Position numbers and translations under genes: made by a program
Part shown: piece by piece, positions 1 through 12,124 of the stretch
Layout of the letters: every line of letters starts with the position of its first letter
Position numbering within the stretch: position 1 is the first letter of the stretch
The notes under the pieces: generated by a model
Database searches by the model: none
The model's input: the letters and a program-made list of their open reading frames with translations, nothing else
Told to the model about the DNA's origin: nothing
Assembly (NCBI RefSeq): GCF_000143415.4
Contig: NW_003314278.1
Span: 1,810,362-1,874,361 of the forward strand
Length of the DNA: 64,000 nt
Direction: 5' to 3'
Origin: Selaginella moellendorffii
Taxonomy: Eukaryota > Plantae > Lycopodiophyta

Positions 1-279
1 AGTGAGGTTGGCGACATTAGAAACAGAAGCACAAGGTATAAGAAAATGCAATGCTGCTGACTTTTAAGACTGTCCAAGTGGAGAGTGATATAAAACATCA
101 AGAAATACTCGTAAGAAACCTCTAGAGTCTGGGAAAAAAAACTTTTGGCGAGAAAAAGTCGAAATGTGTGGAGCAAGTTAAAGAATTAAAACCTTTGGTT
201 TTAGCTTCAGAACTCTAAGTTTCTCGCTGGAGAAAAAAATATTCGGACTCCCTGTCAATCTGCTTTCCCGGAATATCAT

Positions 280-1170
280 CTACATTAGTCGCCCCACATA
301 CAGACTCCTTGGGAAGCGCTCCTTGAGTTGAGGCCACTGGACGTAGAACAGATCCATGGCGTGAAGCCTGTATAGGATGAGGCCAGTGAGCGAGAGCTTC
401 TGCACCCTGGCAATGCTTTCAATATACACCAGAGTCGCCCATTTCAGTCCCAAAACCTGCAAGCACGCAGTCCGTCCATCAAAATGTGATTTTTACTTCT
501 TTTTCATTTTTCAACCTTCAACAAGAAAGCTGCGACGCAAACTGGCAGACAAGTCCCCGGTCCATTGCACAAAACCTGTGGACTTTTCTCAGCGACAAGG
601 AGACAGCAAAAGAACTACGACTTGTCACTCACCACATCGGGTCTGATCCGGAAAACAACCCACAGAGCGTGGGCAATGGCCATCAAAGTCGTCACCACCG
701 ACGTTAGATACGACTGCCCGACCTCGCGGCTCCTGTAAATCTGGAGGTAGTGCCGAGCACCTTGCAAACATCCATCCTAGCAAAGTATATCGATCCTCTC
801 TCATCCTGCGTGATCCACAAATAGACCCACCAGAGTAGCAGCAGACGACGATTTCTCCTCCGCGGCCCGAGCTCTCGGCAAGCTCATGTTGTCACTCGCG
901 GCAGCCAAGTATATCCTGGGGCTGTATCTCTCCGAACGAAGCATCTCCACGACGTTCAACATCTCAGCCGTGTGCCCGCCTAGGCAAAAACAGTAAGAAA
1001 GCTCTTCACAATGAGATTCTTCGTCGATTACCTGATCCAAGAACAACGAGGGTCTTGAAGGCCCGGCTGCCCGGCGCACGCGGCTTCCCGGTGAATGCGT
1101 AGACGACGAGCAATCTCCATAGCACAAGACCTACAGCTGCCCCGCAAAACAGAGGAAACCAATCCTCCAT
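280..1170 (-). CDS. ALG14: UDP-N-acetylglucosamine transferase subunit ALG14 (5 exons, ~222 aa)
   Basis: Hand-spliced exons 1032-1170, 831-979, 633-776, 516-575, 280-456 with GT-AG introns of 52-59 bp. They give an N-terminal hydrophobic anchor and the ALG14 motifs LVVLGSGGHTAEM, IYRSREVGQSY, LCNGPGTC, YIESIARV and VQWPQL. Confidence 0.93.
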
Positions 1171-2401
1171 TCCAACCTAGAACTAGAAAGACTCTAGGGC
1201 ATAGTATAACTTACATTTACATTAGAACAAAACTACACCATAGCATTAAACTCGATGATAAGCCCAAGCTTTCTGATGGTCCCATGATCCATCAATCTCC
1301 ATAGCTACAGCTAAGCTGATATCTAGATCAATCAAACCAGCAGTACCATCTCCCATTGTAGCTTGATCAGAGTAACCAACTCAACTCAGGATGATCCAGC
1401 AAAGCCATAGCTCTAGAATGGTCCTATCACTGAGGCTGTGTGGTACACTTTTGCTAGCTAGCTCACACACTGTGAGCCTGTGTGACACACACAAGACACA
1501 CTACACGCGGGAGAGCTTGCCTTTATTCCATTTCCTTCTTCTCTTTTGCCTGGCCAGGGGCCACCAACAACGATTGAGCTAATAACTCCAAAGCCAGAGC
1601 TGTCGCAATTCCCACACGTAGTTTTCTTCTTTTCAAGAACTACTGCAAGTAGTATTTAGTGATCGTTTTTTTGTCACTGTGATCATCAATTTCACTGCTG
1701 GAACTTCACAGGCCCTCTGTTGAAAGATCTAGCGCTACAAGCCAAGCTCTCTCAGGCCTGGTACTCTTTCTCGCGGGTCTCTTTTCAATCTTTTCTTCTC
1801 TGCTTTCTAGCGAGCAATCGCCCAAAACGAAAAGAGGGGAGGATTGAGACGGCAACTTCTCTAGAAGCATGGAGCCATCCATCGTCCGCTTTTCAGCCAG
1901 TCCTGTGCTCGCTCGCTCGCTTTGCTGTGTTAGCGACGAAAAACGATAGCTCGACAATGCGAAGCTGCCCTTTCTTTCTCTTATGTTTTATAAAGATGGC
2001 GCAGAACAACCACGGAAGTATCTTTCCTTTCATAATCTGATCGTCGGTCAGGCTTTTCCCCACAAAGGAAGAACCGAACTCGTATCTTCTGATTCCGACC
2101 GAACGAACAGACGCACCATCGACTTTCAGGCCGAGAATCAGCAGCAAAATCCGCACTGAAGCAGCATTCCTCCTCCACCAACTGTACACCTTTCAAGAGA
2201 GCGGGAGAATTTCAAGGAAAAAAGAGAGAAAGCGAGAAAAAATCGAGGGAGCCGAGCGAGAGAGCTCGATCAGTCAACCGCCATCAATGAATTGATCGAT
2301 CGGTCCCACCATGGTTGTTCTGTGTCTGTGCCCGTGAAGATCGATGATCGCAGAGAAAGGAGAGCCGCGACATGGATATGATCCAAGGGGGGGAAGAAAG
2401 A

Positions 2402-5400
2402 TCAGACGTCGATCAACCTCCCGGAGGACATCCGCGTGGATCCAGAGAGCTCCCTGCTGCTGCTGTGATCCTTGGCGCCCACCACCTTGGGCTTGACGTC
2501 GTAGAGCATTTGCACCACGTCCCTCATGGCGGGGCGCTCCGCGGGCTGGTCGCTCGAGCACAGCAGCGCGACCCGGAGCACCAGCATCACCTCGTGCAGC
2601 GGCAGCAAATCCGTGGAACCCATCCGCGGGTCCAGGATGGCCAGCACTCCGTCCTTGGTCTGGATCATCTTGCGCACCCACTTGACAATGTCGATCTCGT
2701 CGCCATACCCCGGCTCGATCGGCCGCCGCCCCGTCACCAGCTCCAGCAGCACCACCCCGAAGCTGTAGATGTCGCTTTTCTCATTCACCTTGAGCGTGTA
2801 GGCATACTCTGCATGGGAATGGAAACGTGAGAAAGGTGGAAGAAAAGGTGGCCACGCAAAGCTGGCCGAGCGCTTGCTTACCGGGGGCGATGTAGCCGTA
2901 AGATCCGGCGACCGAGGACATGGACTCGGACTTGTCACTCCCCTGGAACAACTTGGCGAGGCCGAAGTCCGCGACGTGGGCGCGGAGATTGGAATCGAGC
3001 AAGATGTTGTTGGATTTGACATCGCGGTGGACGATGAGCGGCGAGCAGTCGTGGTGGAGGTAGCACAGCCCATTGGCCGCCTGGACCGCCACCTTGTAGC
3101 GCGTCTCCCAGTCGAGCACCGGGCACGCCTTCGTCCCAACTCCATGGAGCACCTCGCCGAGGCTGCCATTGGGCATGTACTCGTAGACGAGGAGATTGGT
3201 CTCGTGGTTGGAGCAAAACCCCAGCAGCTTGACGATGTTCATGTGGCGGATCTTGCCCAGCGTCTGGACCTCGGCCGAGAAGCCAAAGTCGTCGTGCGAC
3301 GACCGGCTGCCCGAGGACCGTTTACCTGAGTTGACCGGGCACGACGCCAGCCGCTTCACCGCCACCAGCTCGCCGCTGCGCATCATCGCCTTGTACACGG
3401 TGCCCGACCCGCCCCGCCCGATCACGTTGTCCTCGGACAAACAGTCGAGGATGTCCGCCGCCGAGAAATCCAGCTTCTGGAACGCGGTCAGCTTCCACGG
3501 CCGCCGCCTCGATCGCCCACACGACGATCCTTTGCCGCCGCCAGGGAAGAGCACCACTGTGATGCACTCCTTGTACTTGCGCACGAAGAAGAAGGTGCCA
3601 AACACGCCCACCAGCAGCGCGGCCAGGAACATCGATCCAAACAGCCACCCGAACACCGCGCGGTCGCGGGCGCTCCTCGGCTTCCTCCTCGGGCTGGCAA
3701 GAACAGAGCAGTTCCTCGCGGTGGGCGCGCCACACAAGCCCAGATTCCCAGCGAAGGAGCTCTCGTTGAAGAATCCAAACTGGCCCTGCGATGGAATCGG
3801 CCCAAACAGCCGGTTGTAGGAGAAATCCGCGCTGGTGAGCGCCTTGGCCTCCTCCAGCTCGCGCGGGATCTCCCCGGACAGCCCATTCCGGCTCACATTC
3901 AGGGCATCCAGCGCCTTGAGCTGCGCGAGCTCGCCCGGGATGGCGCCCACCAGCTGGTTCCGGCTCAAATCCACGCTCGACAGCCTCACGCACGACCCGA
4001 TCGATCGGGGGATCTCGCCCGAGATGGCGTTGCCGCTGGCGTCCAGCACGCTGAGCTGCTGGAGCATTCCAATCGAGGCCGGGATCCTGCCCGAGATCCG
4101 GTTGTCGCCCAGCAGCAAGTTCTTGAGATTGGTGAGGTTGCCGATCGCGCGAGGGATGCTGCCGCGGAGGCGGTTCTGGGAGAGATCCAGGAGCTCCAGC
4201 TCCACGGCGGAGACGGGCGCGTCGGCGATGATACCATCCATCCGGTTGTCGAGGAGCTCGAGCATCCGGAGATTGGGGAGGCCGAGCGTGTTCTTGGGCA
4301 GGCCGCCGGTGAGCTGGTTGTGGCCGAGACGGACGCGCACGAGGGTGTTGCACTGGCCGAGCGATTCCGGGAGGGCGCCGCCGATCTGGTTGCCGTAGAG
4401 GATGAGCACCTGGAGCGCTCCTCCCCAGCATATCTTGTCCGGGATGGATCCCGAGAGGGAATTGGAGGAGAGATCCACGGTCATGAGACTCAAGCTCGCC
4501 TGGCCCAGCTGGGGAGGGATGCTGCCAGTGAGATTGTTCGCCCAGAGCTGGAGCACCTCGAGGTTGGGCAGATCGCCGAAGAAGGATGGGATGCTCCCGC
4601 TCAGCCGGTTGCGGAAGAGATTGACCAGCGCGATGCTCTCCAGCATTGCGAGCTCGTCGGGGATGGGGCCGGAGAGGAGATTGTTGGAGAGGTCGAGCGA
4701 CTTGAGCGCGCTGAGGAGGCCGATCTCGGCCGGGATGGGGCCGGAGAGGTTGTTGATCTGCAAGAAGATGGAGTCGAGGCGCGAGAGGTTGCCGATCTCG
4801 GCAGGGATCCGGCCAGTGAGTCCGCAGAAGCCCAGATCGATCCGGACCAAATTCGCTAGCTTTCCAATCTCGCGAGGGATGCCGCCCTCGAACTCGTTGT
4901 AGTAGCCGAGGTAGAGCTCCTCGAGCTCGCCCAGGTTGCCCAGCTCGGGGGGGATCCGGCCAGTGAGGGAATTCCCGGAGAGCGCCAGATAGCGCAAGGT
5001 GGTGAGGTTGCCAAGCTCCGGGGGGATCGCGCCCGAGAAGTAGCTCCCGCCGAGGTGGAGATGGCGGATGGATTGGAGCGCGCCGAGCTCGGGCGGGAGG
5101 GGGCCGGAGAAGTTGTTGTTGTACGTGTCGAGCACCTCGAGCGTGGCGATGGCGGAGAGGTTGGCGGGGAAGCCATAGCCGAAGTTGTTGTGGGAGATGT
5201 TGAGGAAGCGGAGGCGCGGGAGGAGCGAGAGCTCGGGCGGGAGAGGCCCCGCGAGATTGTTCTGCTCGAGCGAGATGTTGACGAGGTGGCGGAGGCGCGC
5301 GAGAGGGAGCCCCGAGAGGGACCCATTCAAGCTCTTGCCGCCCAGGTTGAGCGCCGAGACGAATCCATCGTCATCGCATTGGATCCCCGTCCACGAGCAC

Positions 5401-5561
5401 GGCGACGAATCCGACGCTGACCAGTCGTTGGTGTGCCCGAATTCGTCCACCAGCAACTCCTTCACGCCCAGCAGCGCCGCCACTTCCTCGCTGCCCGCCA
5501 CCTCTGGATCTTGCGCTGCATGGGCCAGGATGATCGCGAGCGCGATCAGCAGCAGCCGCAT
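2402..5561 (-). CDS. LRR receptor-like kinase, subfamily XI, CLAVATA1/BAM-like (2 exons, ~1028 aa)
   Basis: Signal peptide, LRR-NT (CSWTGIQC), ~21 plant LRRs, a TM helix, WKLTAFQKLDF juxtamembrane motif and a kinase domain ([38 protein letters not shown]). One 73-bp intron at 2809-2881 sits in the conserved GYIAP/E position. Confidence 0.95.
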
Positions 5562-7477
5562 TGCGATTCGCGACCCCCTTTGCTTCCAATGCCCCCAGCG
5601 CGCTAGCCAGCCCGGGATTTCGACTCACCCATTTTCGCAACCCATGGATCGATCGCAGTAGTAGCGCGCGCGCGCTGTGCCAAGATCTCCAGAGAAATCC
5701 TCGCTTTCCTTTAGTGTTGTGAGCAAGTGGCGCTTCTTCTTTTTCTTCTTGGGTCAATCAAGCCCTCAAGAATGTGAGTGGCATCTACCCATGCCATGCC
5801 CCACATTTATATACATAGCCTCTTTCATCCATGGCCATGCATGGATCCCAATGGCCATCATTTCACACTTCAGTAAATACATCATGTGGGCTAGCTGTCC
5901 ACATCGGAACGCTAGCCCGTACGCCCTAAGTCCACCTGGCACCATCACGCCCGCACATCACGCCACGCGTACGGGAGATTCCCGGCCGCATATTCCGCTC
6001 CAGAATGTGAGACAAGGGAATCTCTGCAATGCAAACAACGCCGAAAGGATGAGACTAGGAGAAGCTCTGGACAGATCGAATTGGAATAAGGCTGCCATAG
6101 TTTTCGTCCCCTATTGTATAAAAGTAGATTGCATTGCACTGCTATACAAATATTTCTATACACGTCCGAGCTGGCTGGCTGATTTGATACAAATCTGGCG
6201 GGCCGCCCGTATAAACTGTACCAATTTTGAAATACGTTAAGCTCCCATGGTTTCTCGCGCTACTGTGACAGTGAGTATGTACGTACGTGTACACTAGGGA
6301 TAAGCACATGATTCCAAGGGTATCTTTGTTCATTTTGGGCAACTTGGGTGACACACCAGTCACACACCTAACAATCTCACTCTCGCGCCCGTTATTTATG
6401 TGTGGCTTTTGTTCTATATTCGTTCTTGGGGAGACCCTTGTCTTGTACGTAATTTCAAAACCATGGGACAAGGAACAGGCGTCATTGAAAATGCGTTGTT
6501 GCACTAACCAAGGCCTGTATATTCCCCTCACAAGAGAATGATACAAATAGAAAGGGGGAGCTGTGTGTAATGTAATGTGTGAGTGAACCCTCCAACCAAA
6601 GCACCAGCATGGACGGGGGATTTGTTTGAGCGATCGGGGTCTCAATCGCTGCTCGCTGTGCCGCTTTGATTTAGAAAGAGTGGGAGATTGATTGGCATAT
6701 AGTTTACAAGGGCTTCGCGATTGATTGTTTTGACCATGGTTTTTCGGCTCTCTTTTTCGCCACCCAAGACAAGACAACTTTATGACTTCGTTGGTGGGGG
6801 GCTGATCGATACTTCATTGCGTCCGCACTAAACCCCCACCTAAAGGTGTTTTACCCGCTTTCTAACCAGTCTTGACCCGGCCGTTGACTATATGACCCTT
6901 TTTTGTCAAAGCCCCTCGCCCTCCATTATTCCTGGCAAAACAAAAAGACTGCGCCAAGATTCGCCCACGCATCATTCGCTCATTCGTTTCGCTCATTCAT
7001 TCATCCATCGCGCCCCGCCCAAGTCGTGGCTCAAGGAGATGGAGATTCAGCTGGTAGTGCCCTGTGTGGGCACAAAGTTGCTCAATTATATTGCCCGTAC
7101 AATGATTCATAGCGGGAGTTCTTTGGAATGGAGCTGAGAAACAAGTCCAACCACGATTGGTGGCGAGGTGAGGACCATCTCCAATAAAAAACGCCACCCC
7201 TACCGTCGATCGCTTTCGACGCTCCTGTCGTGGTTCGTCGCCATCCATCCAGCGACGTAAAGAGAAGGGGGAATCTCACGGGTCATGCTCTTCGCATCTG
7301 GAAGATTCTTTCCCTTGCCCTCTCTCCCTCTCGCTCACTCGTTTGTTGCTGGCAGAAAAGAGCGTTCTTGCTTTCTAGATCCTCAGCTTTACCAAAAACA
7401 AGAGTACCTTTCGCGCCACCTGATATCTCGCCATGTTATGGATGCGTCTACATCCGTCACCTTTAATGCCCTAGCCC

Positions 7478-7520
7478 CATGCCATGCATTGCATGCATGG
7501 GCAATGCCACCATGCATGCA
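7478..7520. promoter_or_regulatory. Cluster of RY (CATGCA/CATGCATG) motifs upstream of the receptor kinase
   Basis: ccatgccatgcattgcatgcatgggcaatgccaccatgcatgca. A further CATG-rich patch lies at 5790-5860. Function is inferred only from the known B3-domain binding motif. Confidence 0.3.
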
Positions 7521-9771
7521 CATAGCAAAAAAAGAGAAACAAACAGTGAAAAGCTGGCCGAGTGATCATGCAAACGTCGGGAACGAAAGCAGTGATTCCA
7601 TTCAGCCCTAATCTTTGTTGGGGATCATGGATTCCTGGCCGAAAGCAAGCCCCGGGGATAAGTGCACGCTTCCATTCCCATAAATTCCGGCGACATAGGT
7701 GACTTAATCAAGATGGTCCACATTATAACCGCAGAATCACTTTGTTTTCGCTCCAGGTGAAATTTTGTCTCTAGCCTGGGGTTTTTATATTCAAATCCAA
7801 TCCAGCTCCAAGATTATATCACCAAAACGCTGATCCAGAGACAGTTGCAGTCGCAGAGGAGCAGCAGCAGGAGCAGCAGCAAGGTCGTGATTGATCTCTC
7901 GGATTAAAGAAAAGCAAAAAAAATCAAACGGAGTTCCCGGGGAGAAAGATTGCAACCCAAGCGAACTCTGGCCTGTACAGCGTTCCAGTGCCAGTGCCCA
8001 GCTTCAATTATGGCTAGAGACCCTCTCCATCACAACAGAACAAAAAACCAAGCCACCAACATAACGCTAAAACCACACGCCGTACGGAAAAGCGTGGTAA
8101 CGGTTGGGCTGACGGCGGCTGTACGGCCGCGTGGCCGAGGCGGTGACGGTGACGGTCGGTCAGCGGTGATGGTTTTCTTTCTCCCTCCTCCTTGAGGATA
8201 GCTCTAGAGATTCGCATATTTTCCATGGATGGGAGGACCCATAGGTTGGTGGAACGCCAACTTCAAGAGTGACTTCTTTGGATGGTCACTTTCGGGGTCA
8301 TAGATCGATTACAGCGAAAGGTTTTCGTTTTCGCGTGTGAGAAGTGGAGCTTTCCGGGAATGAATGCCCCCTGGGTTCTGTGTTCTTCTTCTTCTTCTTC
8401 CCCTTTTCTTCGTTCTAGTGGGTCCGGTGGATCGGATTGATTGAATTGGGTTCTTGGGGTTTGGTCTGCTGCTGGATGGCTCAGCGCTGCTGGCTCCTGC
8501 CAGTGACAAAGAAATTGGAATGGACCCTCTTACTTTGCTCGCTTTCCCTGCTTTTACTGCGACATAAGCATAGTTAAAGACGCACTATCCAAACTGCAAT
8601 TGCTCATCAGCATTGAGCATTTTGTGCCTCCCTTTTCCCCCAGTCATCCAGTCAGTGAAAGTGGGCTTTCCGAAATGATTACCATGCTGCTGTTTGTCAA
8701 CAACACCGGAATCATTCGCGGCGCGTGGCCAGTTTCGTTTCAAGCTCAGTAATATGACCGAGATCTCTGTCCTCCATCACCCACATTTATAATTTTCGCA
8801 GTTGGGTGCATATTATATGGAGTTTTTCTCCTCCCAAATCACTCGCAACTTCCATTTCGTCCATGAATTTTGATGATAGTGGAGCAGTGCCGTGTGGTCG
8901 TGTTGCTCAATCGGGGAATTCCGTCAACCCAAATGGGGCCCTTGGCCAATTTCGTGGATTCATACATCGATTGGATTGTCTACCTAAGAGGCAAACTGTT
9001 GCTGGAATGTTTCTTGTTGGCACCACCAAAACTTTTGAATACCGATCGCTCGCATATTCCGCTTGCATGAGTTAGAAGGCGACGAATCCGGTACGGTATA
9101 GTATACTCTGCTCGTATTCATTTGTTTTGTCTACCAATTGGCATCGGCGCGCGCTGGTGTCGCTTCTCCTCGATTTAAATAACCAAAAGAGTCACGGGCT
9201 CAAAAACTTTGGAATCAATGAGACTTTGGGGATGGATCGATACTTCATTCAATGGGGTTTGTCAAATTTGAGAGAGAAAGAGAGATTCTAGAGAATTGTT
9301 TAATCCAGCTGCGATTTGTCAGCAAATTTTTTTGGAGGAAGAGTCGACAGTGTTGACTGGAAAAGTGGAAATAGTTGCATTGCATGCATATGGAGGACGC
9401 CAAGCAACGCTATGGCGGAAAAGACTGCCTTTTCCCAGTCTTTGGAAGGATTTGGAAGTGCAGCCTGTAAAAGCTGATCCATCAGCCCAAATGCCTTGAA
9501 AAGTTAGGCACAGACGCTGCCCGTTTTGATTCGATTACAGTTCAAAGCGATCCCGCGGCCTCGTGATCAACAGCTCTAAACCCAAGAACGTACACTACGT
9601 ATGGAAAATACTCTTAAGAATTGAAGGAAATTCCATGAACAAGAAGAAGGAGACATGGCCTTTACGGGGAGGGAATCTCAATCTGTCTCTCTCTGTGTTG
9701 CTGTAAGCTTTGCCTGGATCAAACAAAGAGACGAGAGGTGACAAACTTTTAAATAGAGAGAGAGAGTTGGA

Positions 9772-10116
9772 TCAATCAAGGTCGCACACGAGCTTGAAGC
9801 TTTGGAATCGGCTCTTTCGATGGTTGAGCTCGCTGCACCAGTTGTAGCTCGTCGTCTGGTCGAACACGGCGAGGACGGAAGCCGAAGGACAGCCCCTGCC
9901 CTGATAGACGACGAGGGTCTCGTTCTCTGATCTGGGGACGAACTCGAGGCCATACATGTCCACGTCCTGGCAAGTGTTGCACAGGATGTCCGCCTGCTGG
10001 ATCACCTCGATCAGGCCGCAGGTTAGCTGCACGCCCACGCTGCAGTGGCACGGCGTCGGGATCGAGCTGCTCGCAAACACAATCACGATGATCATCGCCA
10101 TCAAGTTACGAATCAT
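9772..10116 (-). CDS. Small secreted cysteine-rich protein, probable distant MiAMP1-type antimicrobial peptide
   Basis: Intronless 114-aa ORF with GC-rich codon usage, a hydrophobic signal peptide and six Cys in the mature part. The motifs VVYQGRGC and C-terminal FQSFKLVC resemble MiAMP1 LYNQAGC and WKSIFIQC. Confidence 0.7.
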   Translation of the reverse strand: MIRNLMAMIIVIVFASSSIPTPCHCSVGVQLTCGLIEVIQQADILCNTCQDVDMYGLEFVPRSENETLVVYQGRGCPSASVLAVFDQTTSYNWCSELNHRKSRFQSFKLVCDLD

Positions 10117-11851
10117 CGTTAATTTCTCCTCGAGGGAAAGAACACTTTAGCTCCGTTTTATTTCTCTCCACGCATGCCACCACGCATTGCACACAAGCCC
10201 ACCTACTGTGGGAATAGTCGAAAAGTGTGGATGTACGTAATAAAACAAGGTTTTATATTTCCAGGATTCTGGACTGTTCGACTGAGCTTAATAACTTGTA
10301 ATCCACGTGGAATCTGACGTGGATAGAGTTTGATGAGGTGGCAGATTTAGGGAATCTTCTGGATCTGGGCGGGAAGATGGTGAAAACAAAAGCAAGGGTG
10401 GCAAGCGCTAGGAACAACATCACAAGTTGAGGATGTAGGCATTACAGGCTAAGAATCTTGGAGTGAGGCAAGGCTTCACCCCTTCGAAAACTGCGACTTT
10501 TGGGCTTAGGAACTTCAGTGAGAAAGAAGAGAGGTTTCTAGTGAGAAACTCTTTGTAACTTGCAACTAACTGCAATTTATGTTATTTAAGTATGCTGAGA
10601 AGATCTGGAGTGCTTGTTGAGGAGCTTAGGGCTTGGCTAGGCCTTGTAAAGTTGTAGGGAGGGAATCTCTGAGTGTCTTGCAAACAGCTGTGGAGACACA
10701 GAGTTCCCTAGCAGCTGGTGAAAAGCATCTCCAGCAAGTGGGAGCAGCCACTTGGCATGTGGAAAACCTCGCCACCTTTGTGGACAAGCTTCAGATCCTG
10801 GCACAGATTGCGGATGACAGGCATCACCAAGGGTGCTAGAAAGAAGAGGAGCAAGGTGGAGCTTTCGTAGTCAATTCTAGAGCAGCCAAGGAGCTTGGAG
10901 AGCCAAAGAATCAACAGAGCTGCTGTGTAGAGCATGAAGTAGGGTGACTTGGTGGGCAGCAATCATGCTGCAAAACGAGATTTTGGAGCGGCTGAGAACG
11001 AGGACAAGATTGAAGAGTTGCTAGGTGAGAGAAGGAAGAAGGAGCAACATACACGTGGCTTGTTTTCTGATACATGGATTAAACATTAAAAATATTTGTT
11101 GCATGTTTTTTGGTTTGTTTGCATATTTCATATTATAATTATAATTTAAAATTTATTATATTCATTAGAATCTAAATTGCACTAACATTTATTCACCTCA
11201 CAGAACAATAGCCTAATCCATGTGTGTGAGCTGCAATCTACTGCTGCTGATGGAATAACATGCTACAATAGTCTGTGTGGTAGATCTTGATGCCCAGCCG
11301 CATGTTGCCTGAGCTGACAAGTAGTGGAGATGTGGGCTTAGAACTTCTTATGAAGCAGCCTTACATGAAAAAACAATACAGCTTAGTGACAGTCTCTAGC
11401 ACACAAACCTTCCAGAGCATGGATGAAAGGAAGAAGAGGTCCTAAGCAACACAAGCAATGAACCTATACTATTTACAAGTCGATGCACACATATTCTTTG
11501 ACTATTGTTGTGTCGACCAAAAACCCAAACAAGCTCACAGTTAAAACTCAAGGGAAGTCTCACCGCTATGAGACTTTCCAGCTTGCTTGATAAACTTACT
11601 GGGGCAACTAATCAAGAAAACAACCAGTTCATTTATACTAGCAGAAATAAGCCAATCTTCCTTCATAAGTCTCAACCATCCAATGTTGCTAGATTTTTAA
11701 AAAGACTGAGTTGGAAAGAGGAGCAACTCACAATCTCAAAATGGAGCATTTTAAATTCAGATTCTCCTGGTTGGGCCTCTAGCCTTTGACAAACTCCATC
11801 ATATAGCAGCAGTAGTATCTAGTGCCACTCAAAAGTTTTGGGTTCTTAATT

Positions 11852-12120
<269 letters not shown>

Positions 12121-12124
12121 ATCT

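Noticed and set aside
1-240. Possible 3' end of a plus-strand gene
   Set aside because: Too little sequence to support a call.
2274-5757. Many overlapping alternative-frame and antisense ORFs
   Set aside because: Shadow ORFs produced by the GC-rich codon usage of the receptor kinase.
7950-8195. RDPLHHN resembles the end of a CLE peptide near a CLV1/BAM receptor
   Set aside because: It lacks the RxVPxGP core and a signal peptide, and the motif is not near the C-terminus.
10380-11500. Coding-like, stop-riddled sequence with possible splice sites
   Set aside because: No recognisable domain; it could not be assigned as a pseudogene or transposon.
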